Part shown: positions 4,933 to 5,982 of the stretch, one piece after another
Layout of the letters: each line of letters starts with the position of its first letter
Numbering within the stretch: position 1 is the first letter of the stretch
From: a virus
DNA length: 5,982 bases
Virus record (IMG/VR): IMGVR_UViG_3300020030_000095
Location: 1 to 5,982 of that record
Reading direction: 5' to 3' (one strand)
Made by a program: the position numbers and the translations under genes
The notes under the pieces: model-generated
The model's database searches: none
What the model was told of the DNA's origin: nothing
Seen by the model: only the letters and a program-made list of their open reading frames with translations

Positions 4933-5241
4933 TCATTTACCTCCGCCTGCGGCGTCGGTGGTTGCAGACTCCGTCTGCTTGCTCTCGGCCGACAACGTAG
5001 AGTCAATCAACTCCTGTCCAACTTCAAGGCCATCAAACTTATCCATTCGACTGAAAGAGTTGGGGTCGAAGTCAATATCGGGGTCAAACTTTTCACGCTT
5101 ATCCCAATCCGACTGCTGGGCAGGGACATCGGGGCGGCCAGGGAGAACTTCAACAGAGCCAGAACCGTCCAAAACAGACCGAATACGTTCACCACGCGAA
5201 AGATACTCAGGACGATCTTCGATCAGATAAGAAACAGGCAT
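4933..5241 (-). CDS. Acidic 102-aa protein; possible internal scaffolding protein (VP3-like), assignment uncertain
   Basis: The ATG at 5241..5239 lies 12 nt after the VP1 stop, on the same strand. By my count there are about 22 D/E against 12 K/R, with a DPDIDFDPNSFSRMDKFDGLEVGQELID block. The scaffold call rests on small size, acidity and adjacency to the capsid gene, not on a recognised motif. Confidence 0.6.
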   Translation of the reverse strand: MPVSYLIEDRPEYLSRGERIRSVLDGSGSVEVLPGRPDVPAQQSDWDKREKFDPDIDFDPNSFSRMDKFDGLEVGQELIDSTLSAESKQTESATTDAAGGGK

Positions 5242-5253
5242 AGATAAGAAATT

Positions 5254-5982
5254 TTAGCGGTTAGACAAACGTGTTGCGAAGGTTTTGTTAACGAGGTTCT
5301 TCTTCCTCACGGCGTACGACATATTTACAAAGAAGTTATCTTCGGTATTCGAAGCAAACGGGCTGTTCACCTGCTTCATGTCAACGAACAGAGCCGGGAT
5401 ATAACCCAGATTTTCCTGCCCTTGATAAGCGAAAATATCATTCGAACGCTGTTGAACCCAGTAAGAATACAACGGAAGCGAACTCGGGTAGGTAGTACCA
5501 GCGTAGACAGAAAGCTGACCGAGGACCTCGTCATACGAAGAGCGGAACTCATTAAAACAAGGCTCCGAAGCCATGGAACCAGTCTCTTCCGAAGAAAGCA
5601 TATAGAACGGAACATCCTGATAGCCAATATCATTGTAAATCGGATTAAAATAATCCGCGCCCTGATAATTGAGATAATCAGGACGAACACCTGCCCAGTA
5701 ATACACCGGACGAATCGACAACATGTCGATCAGGTAACCGGGCTCATCGAAGTAGTACGACTGCGAACGGCCAAGGCGCTCGTTGAAAGCAATAGAACCA
5801 CCTTGCTGACCAAGAGGATTAGCGGCGATGTCACCAGTGGAAGCGTTAGGGTCGCCAAAATTATTTGCACCGGCCTGATTCATGACTACCTGCACATTGA
5901 CGGTCTGAGAAGCAGCAAAGAGTAATTTCGGGCGATCGACATGGGCGATCTTCGAAGCGAAGAACGTTTCGATCCAGTCCGA
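5254..5982 (-). CDS. VP1: Major capsid protein VP1, C-terminal part (open to the right window edge; 5862..5982 duplicates 1..121)
   Basis: ORF-track entry 5254..5895 begins at a GTG shown as M, but the frame stays open upstream to 5982 (SDWIETFFASKIAHVDRPKLLFAASQTVNVQVVMNQAG...). The C-terminal sequence YYFDEPGYLIDMLSIRPVYYWAGVRPDYLNYQGADYFNPIYNDIGYQDVPF is typical of VP1/F family C-terminal strands. The stop is TAA at 5256..5254. Confidence 0.93.
   Translation of the reverse strand, partial: SDWIETFFASKIAHVDRPKLLFAASQTVNVQVVMNQAGANNFGDPNASTGDIAANPLGQQGGSIAFNERLGRSQSYYFDEPGYLIDMLSIRPVYYWAGVRPDYLNYQGADYFNPIYNDIGYQDVPFYMLSSEETGSMASEPCFNEFRSSYDEVLGQLSVYAGTTYPSSLPLYSYWVQQRSNDIFAYQGQENLGYIPALFVDMKQVNSPFASNTEDNFFVNMSYAVRKKNLVNKTFATRLSNR
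5862..5982. repeat. Terminal direct repeat, right copy (circular-genome assembly overlap)
   Basis: Exact 121-nt copy of 1..121. This implies a unit length of 5,861 nt. Confidence 0.97.

Noticed and set aside
4832-5230. 132-aa plus-strand ORF covering the acidic 102-aa gene and part of the intergenic region
   Set aside because: It is not codon-aligned, so it is slightly more surprising. However, it lies on the non-coding strand of a family that uses one strand only. It is Ser/Arg/Pro-rich, and it starts inside the GC-rich hairpin region. I treat it as chance.
1-5982. Terminal repeats as biological DTR/LTR, or as evidence of a transposon or prophage boundary
   Set aside because: The repeat lies inside the capsid ORF and preserves its frame across the junction. 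That is only consistent with circular permutation. I noticed no flanking host sequence and no recognisable integrase, tRNA or CRISPR repeats anywhere in the window.

Overview
The window is a complete, circularly permuted genome of a small ssDNA phage of the family Microviridae. It looks gokushovirus/alpavirus-like rather than phiX-like. Bases 1-121 recur exactly at 5862-5982, so the unit genome is 5,861 nt and the linear window cuts through the major capsid gene. All credible genes lie on the minus strand, so the given + strand is the complement of the coding/virion-sense strand. They form one very compact array with ATGA and TAATG overlaps and 2-12 nt spacers. Order in the direction of transcription: small predicted lipoprotein (4662->4465), DNA pilot protein VP2 (4462->3215), hairpin with U-tract (3184->3141), hypothetical 90 aa, hypothetical 107 aa, a 25-aa highly basic J/VP8-like peptide absent from the ORF track, hypothetical 65 aa, HUH replication initiator VP4 (2296->1226), major capsid protein VP1 (1213->1, continuing 5861->5254, 606 aa), and an acidic 102-aa protein (5241->4933). 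The only sizeable non-coding stretch, about 270 nt at 4663-4932, carries two hairpins and 10-nt-phased direct repeats. No recognisable endolysin or integrase motifs, tRNA or CRISPR array were noticed by eye. The items most worth follow-up are the lipoprotein gene, a membrane-like ORF overprinted in the +1 frame of the Rep gene, the unrecognisable ATGA-coupled 90/107-aa pair, the hidden basic peptide, and the structured intergenic regions. Nearly all plus-strand ORFs in the track are codon-aligned antisense shadows and are rejected. All homology statements come from motif recognition by eye; no searches were run.
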